Source: an uncultured Nitrososphaerota archaeon
GTDB lineage: Archaea > Thermoproteota > Nitrososphaeria > Nitrososphaerales > Gagatemarchaeaceae
DNA length: 64,000 nucleotides
Assembly (NCBI GenBank): GCA_963718895.1
Contig: CAVRAG010000001.1
Location: 1-64,000, forward strand
Direction: 5' to 3'
Below the pieces are notes generated by a model that was given only the letters and a program-made list of their open reading frames with translations, did no database searches and was not told the DNA's origin. Position numbers and translations under genes: made by a program. Below are positions 1-8,332 of the stretch, piece after piece (the stretch's first letter is position 1; each line of letters opens with the position of its first letter).

Positions 1-1
1 C

Positions 2-268
2 GTCGAGTTCCCTAGGCCCGTCGTAAAGGCCCTCGTCTGGGCATCTCCTCCTGCACCTCTGGAGGATGGGTTCGGCCTCAGGAGGTGCAGCACGTGCCAA
101 CAGGCGATCCGTCCAGAGCACGGAGACATTCTCTTCGGGAGTGAATGGCACCATCTCACCTGCTGGGAAGCGACTAAACAGAACATGAGCATTGGGGGGC
201 TCCGGGAACGATCCCGGGAGGGAATGGAACTCCAGAATCCCATCATGCTTCCAAAACCCTCGGTGTAG
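2..268 (+). CDS. 3' end of a small protein with a C-x2-C...H-x2-C zinc finger (LIM-like half finger); 5' truncated by window edge
   Basis: Own translation of frame +2: ...RRCSTCQQAIRPEHGDILFGSEWHHLTCWEATK...KPSV*, stop TAG at 266-268; not in the ORF track. Confidence 0.6.
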   Translation, partial: VEFPRPVVKALVWASPPAPLEDGFGLRRCSTCQQAIRPEHGDILFGSEWHHLTCWEATKQNMSIGGLRERSREGMELQNPIMLPKPSV

Positions 269-339
269 GAGACGGGCGACCGGGCCAAAGAATCATCCGT
301 CATTTTGATATATTGCGATGGGATGCCCTATCGTTTCAA

Positions 340-1743
340 ATGGCCATGGGCGTCGGCGACGGTGCGGGTCCGGACGAAGGAGTCAGGATTCCCTCCGAGC
401 TGATGAGGTCCCTGAAGAGGAGTTCCAGTTCCCTCCTTATCAAGGGCACGGCCGGAACCGGGAAGACGACGCTTGCCATTAGCGTGATTCGTGCTCTCGG
501 CTTGAAGAGCGACTTCCTCTATCTCACCACGAGGGCTTCGGTGTCCCAGATCATCAACGACCACTCGTGGGCTAAGGATTGGCTCAGCGGCCCTGACCAG
601 ACGAAGGAGAAGGGTCCGCAGGACCCCTACCTTTCACCGCTCTTCGTCGACGCTCGACTGGATGAGCCTGCCCAGCTCTTCGAGAAGATCACAAACCAGC
701 TGATGGACGCCCGTTCCCCGCTCATCGTGGTCGACGCCTGGGATTCCCTCAGAGAACTCGCACCGAGCGAGCCTCTGGAAGCAGACATGAGAGTCCTCCT
801 TGCTTGGTGCGAGAGAGCCAACTCCAGGTTGATCGTAACCTCCGAGGATCCCAAGGCCGTCTCTCTGGATCCGCTCGTCGGCGGTGTGGTCGTACTGGAC
901 CAGAAGAACCGGACGGAGGGGCGCGTGAGGGAGCTGCTGATTCCGAAGCTGCGCGGGATAGAGGTACGCAACCAGTCCTACGTCTTCAGTCTGGAGGGCG
1001 GCATCTTCCGCTCCTTCGAGCCATACAGGCCCGAAGAATTCGCCTCCGCGTCGTATTCGGCTAGGCGTCGTCGGCCCAAGACAGCATCCGGCCGTTGCTC
1101 GACCGGGTTCCGTGAGCTCGATGAGCTTCTGGACGGAGGGTTCCGGGCGGGTGCGCTGGTGGGTGTCGAGCTTTCCCTTGCAGTCGACCCACGAATCGTC
1201 CTCTATCTTCTTGGAAACGTCGTCGCGGGTTTCGCCCTTTCCAACCGACCCGTCGCCATCGAATCGATTGACGGTATGGAACCGGAGTTCGTGGACGACT
1301 TCCTGAAGAGGTTGGTGCCGAGGACCAAGCTCAAGTACGTGAATCAGGAGGATACTGCGAGAGTCGAGGACGCGCGCGCCGCGCATCCCATTGCACACGC
1401 ACACAATCCGAGTCACCTCAAAGGACAGCGAGATGCTGAAGGACCGAAGCTGCGTATCATGGGATCCCGAGCCCTTGAGCGGGAGCGCGGGAATATGAGG
1501 CTGAACTTGGAGGGTCTCGCCAACACCCTGCGAAAGGAGGCCGGATTGGGGTTCGTCATCCTTCGGCCCAATGAGAAGAGAGTCTCCGACTACCTCTTCG
1601 CGAACTCCGCCCTCCGGATGAGAGTGATGCTGGTGAAGGGTACGCTTCTCCTGCAGCCAGATGTTAGGTTGCCGAAGCTGCTCGCCTTCGATGTCTCTCC
1701 GGGGACTGGGACGCCCGTGCTCGACCTTCGGCCGATAGAGTAG
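340..1743 (+). CDS. GvpD/KaiC/RAD55-like RecA-superfamily ATPase, two domains, second one degenerate
   Basis: Walker A GTAGTGKT, Walker B IVVDAWD, RELLIPKLRG motif; second domain opens STGFRELDELLDGGF but has no Walker A; AT-rich TATA-like box at ~303-314 favours ATG 340 or 346. Confidence 0.8.
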   Translation: MAMGVGDGAGPDEGVRIPSELMRSLKRSSSSLLIKGTAGTGKTTLAISVIRALGLKSDFLYLTTRASVSQIINDHSWAKDWLSGPDQTKEKGPQDPYLSPLFVDARLDEPAQLFEKITNQLMDARSPLIVVDAWDSLRELAPSEPLEADMRVLLAWCERANSRLIVTSEDPKAVSLDPLVGGVVVLDQKNRTEGRVRELLIPKLRGIEVRNQSYVFSLEGGIFRSFEPYRPEEFASASYSARRRRPKTASGRCSTGFRELDELLDGGFRAGALVGVELSLAVDPRIVLYLLGNVVAGFALSNRPVAIESIDGMEPEFVDDFLKRLVPRTKLKYVNQEDTARVEDARAAHPIAHAHNPSHLKGQRDAEGPKLRIMGSRALERERGNMRLNLEGLANTLRKEAGLGFVILRPNEKRVSDYLFANSALRMRVMLVKGTLLLQPDVRLPKLLAFDVSPGTGTPVLDLRPIE

Positions 1744-1822
1744 CAAGGTCGGCACCGTCTTCGGTGAGCGCTGACGGAATCTTCCCCCAGCGGCCCCGGG
1801 ACAAGACGACGGGCGAGGTCTC

Positions 1823-2215
1823 CTAGACGGTTGGCTTTTCGGACTCGTTTATGAGCTGGTTTAGAACGTTTGCGAGGTCAGAGAGCGTTATGGGCTTGCG
1901 CAGAAGGTGAGACACGCCGACGTCTGGGAAGAGTTTGCTAAACTCACTCCGCTGGACGTCGAAGGCCGTGAGAAAGCAGAACTGGACCCCGGGGTCTATA
2001 GCCCTCACTGCCCGGACGAACTCGAAACCCGACATCTTGGGCATCCTTATGTCGATCAGCAGTATGTCGTACCGTCCCTTCGCATAGCGCGAGAGCGCAT
2101 CTGCGGGGTCTGTGAATGCGTCGACTTCGAACCCCTTCTTCTCGAGTCCTCGCTTTATGGAGTTCGAGATGTCGAACTCGTCATCCACAACGAGGATCTT
2201 CGGATTGCTCTGCAA
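1823..2215 (-). CDS. Stand-alone response regulator receiver domain (CheY-like)
   Basis: ILVVDDE, phospho-acceptor in LLIDIRMP, FLTA, LRKP. Confidence 0.93.
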   Translation of the reverse strand: MQSNPKILVVDDEFDISNSIKRGLEKKGFEVDAFTDPADALSRYAKGRYDILLIDIRMPKMSGFEFVRAVRAIDPGVQFCFLTAFDVQRSEFSKLFPDVGVSHLLRKPITLSDLANVLNQLINESEKPTV

Positions 2216-2320
2216 CTCATCCTTCGCGGCCTCGCAGGACTCTTTAACCTTTCTTGGACGCAGACCGCGTGTGCGGGTTCAGGGAGCAGCTCAGGACCGA
2301 GGCTGCATCGGGACCGAGAG

Positions 2321-4210
2321 TCAGGAGCCAGAGTCCATGCCGTGCTTGACCTGAGGATGGAGAGGGAGGGTGAAGTAGAAGCTCGACCCGCCCCCGTTGT
2401 CGTTGTTGCGGGCCCACATCCTGCCACCATGGGCCTCCACGACCTTCTTGGAGATGAAGAGCCCGAGACCAGTGCCCGAGGATGAGTTAGTAGCGAACTT
2501 GCTAAAGAGATTCGGCATTATCTCGCTGCTGATTCCCGCGCCGTTGTCCTTTACGGTGACCAGTACTTCGTCACCCTTCTTCTCCGTCGAGACGCTCACT
2601 CGGCCTCCCGGGCCCGAGAACTTCTCTGCGTTGGACAGAAGGTTCGAGATCACCTCACTTATCTTGCTTGCGTCCGCATCGAGGAGGAGTTCAGGTGATT
2701 CTGGGTGGAATGTCACCTCGATTCGGTTCTTATCGGATGAATCGTCCTTCACAGCGCCCAAGTCCTCGATCTCCCTTATGGCGTCCTTCACCAGGGCGTT
2801 GAGGTCGAAGGTCTCCCTCGACAGCGTGAGGGTGTTCGTCTCGATTCTCGAGGCGCTGAGGATGTCGTCGGTGAGCTTTTTCAGTCTCTTCGCGTTTCTG
2901 AAAATCGAATCGACAGCCAGTCTGACGTCGCTCTCCTCGACCTTCCCGGCACTCGCCGAGGTCGAGGTCGGTGAGACGCCCATGACGGTTGAGGGTGAGG
3001 CTCCTTCAAGGATCTCGGCGTACCCGACGATGCTCTGTGTCGGAGTGCGCAGCTCGTGCGCCGCTATGTTTACGAAGTCTGTCTGAGCCTTGGCATAGGC
3101 TGAGAGCCGTTCGTTTGCGGCCACGAGGTCGGCTGTCCTCGTCTTCACGGTGTCGTCCAGCCTCCTGTTCCACCCGAGCAAAATGACACCGGCCGCGGCC
3201 GAGAGGCCGGCGATCCCGACTATCAGGAAAAGACCGAGAACCCGCTCTTGTGAGATGAGCGCCGCGTCACTTCCCGCCAGGACGTCGGGGGTGACGAGGT
3301 AGATCACGCCAAACTGGCGGGCGGCGCTCCCGTCCGATCCTGTTATGAAGACCGGTTGGTACGCCACCGTTATGTTCGATCCGCTCACCGAGATCTCCGA
3401 CACCCCCGACTGCCCGAGCAACGACTTGTTCAAGATGGAGTCGAGCGGCGCTTTGAGGTACTGCGGCAGTTCGGATTGAATCTCGGGTCCGAAGATGTTC
3501 AGGCCGATGTCGGAACTGTTTCCCGAGTAGAGGATCACGCCTGTCGGGTCCACCATGCCAATGGAGCTTCCCGTCGATGTCGAGAGTTCGCCCTTTATGA
3601 AATCCCCGAGCGAAGACAGGTCTATCGCAGCCCCGACGACCCCCTCGAACTCTCGGGAGGCGTACCCCCCGGCCGACTGGTCGACGTAGACTGGATAGGA
3701 TACGAAGACGTGCGACAAGCTGGTGTTGATGAGCGACTGTGTCGCGCTACTGTAGTACGCGGCTCCCGCCTCCTTCGCACCCGTGAAGTAGGCCCGCTGA
3801 GTGTAGTTCTGCCCCGCGTACGAGGCAACGCTAAGCGACGTCCCGTTGCTAAGCAGGATCAGGTCTCCGTTGCCAGTGTCCCAGAAGTACTCGGCGGTCA
3901 GCTTTTTGCTGGAGTTCTGTGCGGCATTGAAGAGAGCGGCCGCGGCAGTTGTGTTGTGAGCCTGCACTTGGGGCGAAGCCGCGATTATTTCAAGGTTATT
4001 CGCGATGGCTTGCAATTCACCGACTAGAAAGCCGCTTGTATCGTGAGCCTGGACCTGCGCCGTCACCTGTATGTCCTGCACCGCCGCGAGTTCTATCCTC
4101 TGTGAGGTGTACGTCGAATACTGATAGGAGATCAACAAGGACACCGCAGCGACGGCCACAATCGCTATCAGGGGAATCGTTCGGGTAGCCCGCTGGCTGG
4201 TCAGGCGCAA
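2321..4210 (-). CDS. Membrane sensor histidine kinase with extracellular Cache-like domain
   Basis: Two TM segments around a ~290-aa external domain (YTQRAYF motif); H-box AAHELRTP, N-box NLLSNAEKF, G1 DNGAGI, G2 GTGLGL. Confidence 0.93.
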   Translation of the reverse strand: MRLTSQRATRTIPLIAIVAVAAVSLLISYQYSTYTSQRIELAAVQDIQVTAQVQAHDTSGFLVGELQAIANNLEIIAASPQVQAHNTTAAAALFNAAQNSSKKLTAEYFWDTGNGDLILLSNGTSLSVASYAGQNYTQRAYFTGAKEAGAAYYSSATQSLINTSLSHVFVSYPVYVDQSAGGYASREFEGVVGAAIDLSSLGDFIKGELSTSTGSSIGMVDPTGVILYSGNSSDIGLNIFGPEIQSELPQYLKAPLDSILNKSLLGQSGVSEISVSGSNITVAYQPVFITGSDGSAARQFGVIYLVTPDVLAGSDAALISQERVLGLFLIVGIAGLSAAAGVILLGWNRRLDDTVKTRTADLVAANERLSAYAKAQTDFVNIAAHELRTPTQSIVGYAEILEGASPSTVMGVSPTSTSASAGKVEESDVRLAVDSIFRNAKRLKKLTDDILSASRIETNTLTLSRETFDLNALVKDAIREIEDLGAVKDDSSDKNRIEVTFHPESPELLLDADASKISEVISNLLSNAEKFSGPGGRVSVSTEKKGDEVLVTVKDNGAGISSEIMPNLFSKFATNSSSGTGLGLFISKKVVEAHGGRMWARNNDNGGGSSFYFTLPLHPQVKHGMDSGS

Positions 4211-4407
4211 GGATACGAGTCAGAGCGACTGCAATCGCAATATGGTTTAAACTTATGGAACAATCCTCTCCTAATCGGCGGGGACGGATCGGCGGGGCGA
4301 TCCCAAGCGCCGAGCGTGACCGCAGAGTCTGAATCTTCTGTATCCGAAGGCCATAAGACGCGACGGTTACACATAACAGGTGACGGTCGTCCCCGTACTC
4401 GAGGGAC

Positions 4408-4725
4408 TTGGCGACCAAACAAGAAAGCAGACGGGAGGACTACGACGAGGCTTTGAGAGAGCTGAAGGAGGAGTTTGAGGAGAGGCTCTCTGAGATGGAG
4501 GGGAGGCTCTCCAAATCTCTGAACACCGAGAGGAGAACCATGGGCAAGGAGCAGGAGACCATGAAGGAGCTGAAGCGCAGGTTCGGCGCCGTGGGAGACA
4601 GGATGAGCGATGGCATTGACCGAGCCGACGACATGGTGAAGGACCATCCAGTTCTGGTCGTCGGTGGCGCCCTTGCCGTGGGGATGGCACTGGGAGCCCT
4701 GCTCATCGGCAGAAGCCGGGATTAG
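4408..4725 (+). CDS. ElaB/YqjD/DUF883-like tail-anchored membrane protein
   Basis: Charged coiled-coil N-terminus then VKDHPVLVVGGALAVGMALGALL C-terminal TM. Confidence 0.7.
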   Translation: MATKQESRREDYDEALRELKEEFEERLSEMEGRLSKSLNTERRTMGKEQETMKELKRRFGAVGDRMSDGIDRADDMVKDHPVLVVGGALAVGMALGALLIGRSRD

Positions 4726-5028
4726 TTGTCGATTCTCGAGCAGCTCGAGGACTGGGTTCTCTCCGAGGCCGAGTTGACCCTCGGCAGCTACGGCAGGAGG
4801 CTGGAGTCCGATCTCGAACACTATGCCGACAGGCTTGTTGCAAGAATCCTGAGAGTCCTGGCGCTGGGAGCGGCCGCAGTCACGTTATTGACTGTGGGCT
4901 CGGTCTTCGTGCTCCTTGGAACGGTGGAGTACCTGAGTAGTGTCGTGACCGGGCCTCTCGCCTGGGGCCTCGTGGGTCTCGGCTCAGGGGCACTCGGAGT
5001 GCTGCTGCTCCTCCTGGCACGTAGGTAG
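4726..5028 (+). CDS. Small two-TM membrane protein (YqjE/holin-X-like), abutting the upstream gene
   Basis: TTG start directly after upstream TAG; two hydrophobic helices and RR tail; usual neighbour of ElaB-like genes. Confidence 0.55.
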   Translation: MSILEQLEDWVLSEAELTLGSYGRRLESDLEHYADRLVARILRVLALGAAAVTLLTVGSVFVLLGTVEYLSSVVTGPLAWGLVGLGSGALGVLLLLLARR

Positions 5029-5094
5029 ACGAACAGCTAGCCCGGTGGGGTTTTAGAATTGCGCCGCCCGATGAGGCGCCGCGGGTGAGCTTGC

Positions 5095-6267
5095 ATGGCG
5101 TATGAGATAATCTTCCAAGTACTCCTGGTGCTGGCCTTCGCCGTCTTCACCGGGGAGGTGTTCGAACAGTTCAGGCTTCCGTCTGTGGCGGGGGAGCTTC
5201 TGAGCGGGGTGATCCTCGGCCCGACAGTCCTGGGAGTGGTCTCGTCGAACGACCAACTCCAGGCAATATCCGAGTTCTCGCTGTTCTTCATCATCTTTCT
5301 CATCGGGTTCGAGATGAACACCGAGACGCTCAAGAGGCACATGAGACACGCGGCGCTCTTGACGGTCACCTCCTTCGTGGTTCCCCTGGGGGTCTCGTTC
5401 TCCGTCGCCGGGTTCCTTCTCCCCTTCGGGCTAACCCCCGATTTCGTGGTGGCGCTCGCCCTGGCCGTGCCGTCGATCTCGATAATCTCGGTGCTCGTGA
5501 TGCAGTACAACATGATCGAGAAGGAGTCCGGAAGGATAATCATCTCGTCTGTCGCCGTGACCGACATCCTCGCGTTCATTGTTCTGGTCGCGGTCTCGAG
5601 CTCCATCCCCAACACCGCCGAGGTGGTCGTCGAGACGGCCCTGTTCATCGTGGCTTTCGTCCTTGTCGACTGGGTCCTGAACTACAGACCGAAGATGGTC
5701 AGGGGGTTCCTGGGAAGGGTCGGAGGCTGGGCGAAGAGGGAGGACATCGCCTACGCCGCGCTGATTGTGGTGGGTCTCGCGGTCGCCGCAATCTTCCAGG
5801 CGATCGGCCTGAGCTACATAATCGGGGCCTTTTTCGCGGGGCTGATAGTCCACGATGGGTTGATAGGCCGGAAGGCCTTCCAGGAGGTTTCCCATACCTT
5901 CGCGCGGATGAACAGGGCTCTGTTCATCCCGTTCTTCTTCGGGTTTGCGGGGCTCGAGGCTGACCTCACCTCCTCGAGCTACGGGCTTCTCCCGGTTCTA
6001 GCTGTCGTCACCGCAGTCATGTTGGTTCCTGCGGTCGCCCTGACCTACTATGGGGCGAAGAGCCTGTTCAAGGTCAAGGAGGAGGGAGGGCCAAAGAGGA
6101 TCGCGCTGACCCTCGGAGGGAGGGGCGCCGTGGGGATTGTGGTGGCCTCTGTGGCCCTGGCCAGTAACGTCATAGACGGAACGGCGTACTCGCTCATCGT
6201 GATCGGCACGCTCGCGGTCTCGCTTCTCGTGCCCCTGCTGCTGGGCAGGAAGGGCGAGGAGGATTGA
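5095..6267 (+). CDS. Cation:proton antiporter (CPA2/KefB/NapA-like)
   Basis: LPSVAGELLSGVILGPTVLG, IGFEMN, AVTDI, IGAFFAGL, GRGAVG; about 12 TM. Confidence 0.9.
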   Translation: MAYEIIFQVLLVLAFAVFTGEVFEQFRLPSVAGELLSGVILGPTVLGVVSSNDQLQAISEFSLFFIIFLIGFEMNTETLKRHMRHAALLTVTSFVVPLGVSFSVAGFLLPFGLTPDFVVALALAVPSISIISVLVMQYNMIEKESGRIIISSVAVTDILAFIVLVAVSSSIPNTAEVVVETALFIVAFVLVDWVLNYRPKMVRGFLGRVGGWAKREDIAYAALIVVGLAVAAIFQAIGLSYIIGAFFAGLIVHDGLIGRKAFQEVSHTFARMNRALFIPFFFGFAGLEADLTSSSYGLLPVLAVVTAVMLVPAVALTYYGAKSLFKVKEEGGPKRIALTLGGRGAVGIVVASVALASNVIDGTAYSLIVIGTLAVSLLVPLLLGRKGEED

Positions 6268-6337
6268 TGAGGGGACCTCTCCAGATTGTTGAGCCTGCGG
6301 ACGCGGTCAAATACCCGGGTCGCCCGAAGGTGCCGGC

Positions 6338-6447
6338 GGGCCCGTAGCTTAGTTCCCGAAAGGGAGAGAACTCAGGTAGAGCATCGGGCTTTTAACCCGA
6401 GGGTCAGGATGATACCCCCTAAACGGGTTCGATTCCCGTCGGGCCCG
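6338..6447 (+). tRNA. tRNA-Lys(UUU) with two introns: 6353-6371 (position 15/16) and 6406-6422 (position 48/49); CCA not encoded
   Basis: Removing both inserts gives a 74-nt cloverleaf: acceptor GGGCCCG/CGGGCCC, D stem GCTT/GAGC, anticodon stem TCGGG/CCCGA with loop CTTTTAA, T stem ACGGG/CCCGT with loop TTCGATT, discriminator G; both junctions fold into BHB-like motifs. Confidence 0.92.
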
Positions 6448-6659
6448 CTCCTAATCCGGTTCGATACCCAGTTTCCTCCTTCGAACTGGGTTCCATTGTG
6501 ATAAGACTCTGAAGAAGACTAATCTTGAATACGGCCTTACCACTTACCGTGCCGAGTCGTTCGTGAACAGGTACTTGTTTCCGTCGAGGACCGATCTCCA
6601 TATCCGCGGAGATGATTTTGATGAATGACATGCTTTGCTCGTCAGGGCAGGCGCCCTGG

Positions 6660-6891
6660 TGGGGGGAGGTAATGTGAGGCTCAGGTGGTACGACGATCAA
6701 GTGCTACAACTCATTCTCGGTCGAGGGGTACAGGCTGGTCACGATCCCCCAAGCTGATTATCGATCTCATTCGAGAGGGCAGTTCGGCGGTCGAGGCCGC
6801 AGAGCAGATGATGGAGAAATACTCCGATCTCATGAGACTCAACAGCATGGGATCAGTCTATTTCGACGAGGCTCCGGGCACGGCTTGGTGA
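6660..6891 (+). pseudogene. Degenerate C-terminal remnant resembling a type IV TA (AbiEi-like) antitoxin
   Basis: With two indels corrected it reads NVRLRWYDDQV.YNSFSVEGYRLVTIPQLIIDLIREGSSAVEAAEQMMEKY, matching the vxxxQlyxDLxxxGxxxxEAA tail pattern. Confidence 0.4.
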
Positions 6892-7427
6892 TGCGGGCCG
6901 TGAATCCGGATGTCGAGAGTGAGAAGAAGAAGAGAGTCGTCGTAAGCGACGCGGCACCCCTGATTCAGTTGTCGCTAACGCACCACTTGCATCTTCTGCC
7001 GATGCTGTACGATGTCACCATCCCAGACGGCGTCTTCCAAGAGACCCAGCACTATCGAGATCTTCCCGATGCAATCGAGATCGCAAAGGCAGCGGGAACG
7101 TGGCTCGTTGTCAAGCCGGTCAAGGAGACGAACAGACTCAACAAGTTTTTGTCCCAGAAACTGGGGAAGGGAGAAGCTGAGGCGATGCTTTTGTGCGAAG
7201 AGCTTCATGCATACTCCCTCCTGACGAGTGACAGATACCCCGCCTCTCAGGCGGAAAAATTGGGCTTGAGAACCATGACTCTGGAAACCGTGATCAGAGA
7301 TTCCTATGGCGCAAGAATTATCGGAGCGCCCGAAGCTGTCCGCCTTCTGGACGATTTGGTCGGCCAAAACATATTAAACACGAGCTACCTCAGACGACTC
7401 CAGAGGGAGGCGAGAGAATGGCCATAG
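6885..7427 (+). CDS. PIN-domain protein (DUF3368-like VapC toxin)
   Basis: VVVSDAAPLI, IPDGVFQE, LGKGEAEA, LLTSDR acidic PIN motifs. Confidence 0.85.
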   Translation: MVMRAVNPDVESEKKKRVVVSDAAPLIQLSLTHHLHLLPMLYDVTIPDGVFQETQHYRDLPDAIEIAKAAGTWLVVKPVKETNRLNKFLSQKLGKGEAEAMLLCEELHAYSLLTSDRYPASQAEKLGLRTMTLETVIRDSYGARIIGAPEAVRLLDDLVGQNILNTSYLRRLQREAREWP

Positions 7428-7660
7428 GGAAGATGCAGCGGTATGCAAAGGTAGCTTCAAGGAGAGAGGTGGAGATACTGGACAGTCTGAAACAATACTA
7501 CCGGGGCAAATGGTCGCTCGGTCGTGCGGCAGAAGCCGCGAATATTCCTACGCGCGCCCTCATGGACTACATGCAGAAGCACAAACTCCCCTACTATTCG
7601 GACAGGAGCGACTCAGAGGATGGTCTGAAGAAGGTATCCGAGATTCGTTCGGTTCACTGA
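7418..7660 (+). CDS. UPF0175-family HTH antitoxin
   Basis: YYRGKWSLGRAAEAANIPTRALMDYM pattern; overlaps the PIN gene end. Confidence 0.8.
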   Translation: MAIGKMQRYAKVASRREVEILDSLKQYYRGKWSLGRAAEAANIPTRALMDYMQKHKLPYYSDRSDSEDGLKKVSEIRSVH

Positions 7661-7829
7661 GTCTGGTCGCGTTATTCTCGCTATGATTGTCATCTTTCTT
7701 CTTCAAGCCTCCGTTAAATCCAAAACAAATGTTACTGACTGACACGCGATGCAGACAGGCTCAGTTGTTCGCAACAGCGTCAACCTCACAGGGCTGAAGA
7801 GGTTCGCCCTCGAGAACCTCCCCACGGGT

Positions 7830-8099
7830 CCTCTTCGGGACGACATCCTCCAGATACTGGTTCTCGCTCTCCGGGATGTTAATCCTTTCGTCGAGCTTCA
7901 CACAGTTGAACCGCGCCCACGACCTGATCGCCTTGACTTAGGAGTGAATCGTGACGCCCGAGACCCCCCTTACTTCCAGCTACGATATCATCCACGAGAT
8001 GAAGGTCATGAGCTGTGTCTTGTTCATGGTCCCGATCTGGGCCGGCGTCACGCGGCAGAGCTCGTCGCAGATCCTCCTCATCCTCAGGAAGTAAGTGCC
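7830..8099 (-). pseudogene. Tyrosine recombinase/integrase remnant (core-binding region) with two in-frame stops
   Basis: Own reverse-strand translation: YFLRMRRICDELCRVTPAQIGTMNKTQLMTFISWMIS*LEVRGVSGVTIHS*VKAIRSWARFNCVKLDERINIPESENQYLEDVVP, resembling archaeal integrase N-terminal segments; 1.4 kb from a tRNA. Confidence 0.6.
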
Positions 8100-8332
8100 T
8101 CGTAACTAAAATATGGTTAGAACTAACTTCTACCTCTACTCCGATACCTAAGTAAGGGTAAAAGGACGCAATCTGTAAGGTACCTCATCCGTCTTCTGCC
8201 CGTTCGAAATGGTGTGAGGGAAAGAAGGAACAATCGGGCCATTCTGAGGAAAAGTGATTGCTTTTGAGATTTAGTCTATCGAAGAGTGTAGCACGTAACC
8301 AGAAGATCCCGACAGATATTCGACGAGACGGG

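Noticed and set aside
340-1743. Gas vesicle or circadian clock system
   Set aside because: No gvpA/gvpN or kaiA/kaiB in the window; second ATPase domain is degenerate
634-1755. Long antisense ORFs (e.g. 634-1755, 28037-28999, 47702-48577, 61356-62294)
   Set aside because: Shadow or alternate frames of GC-rich genes with recognisable motifs on the real frame
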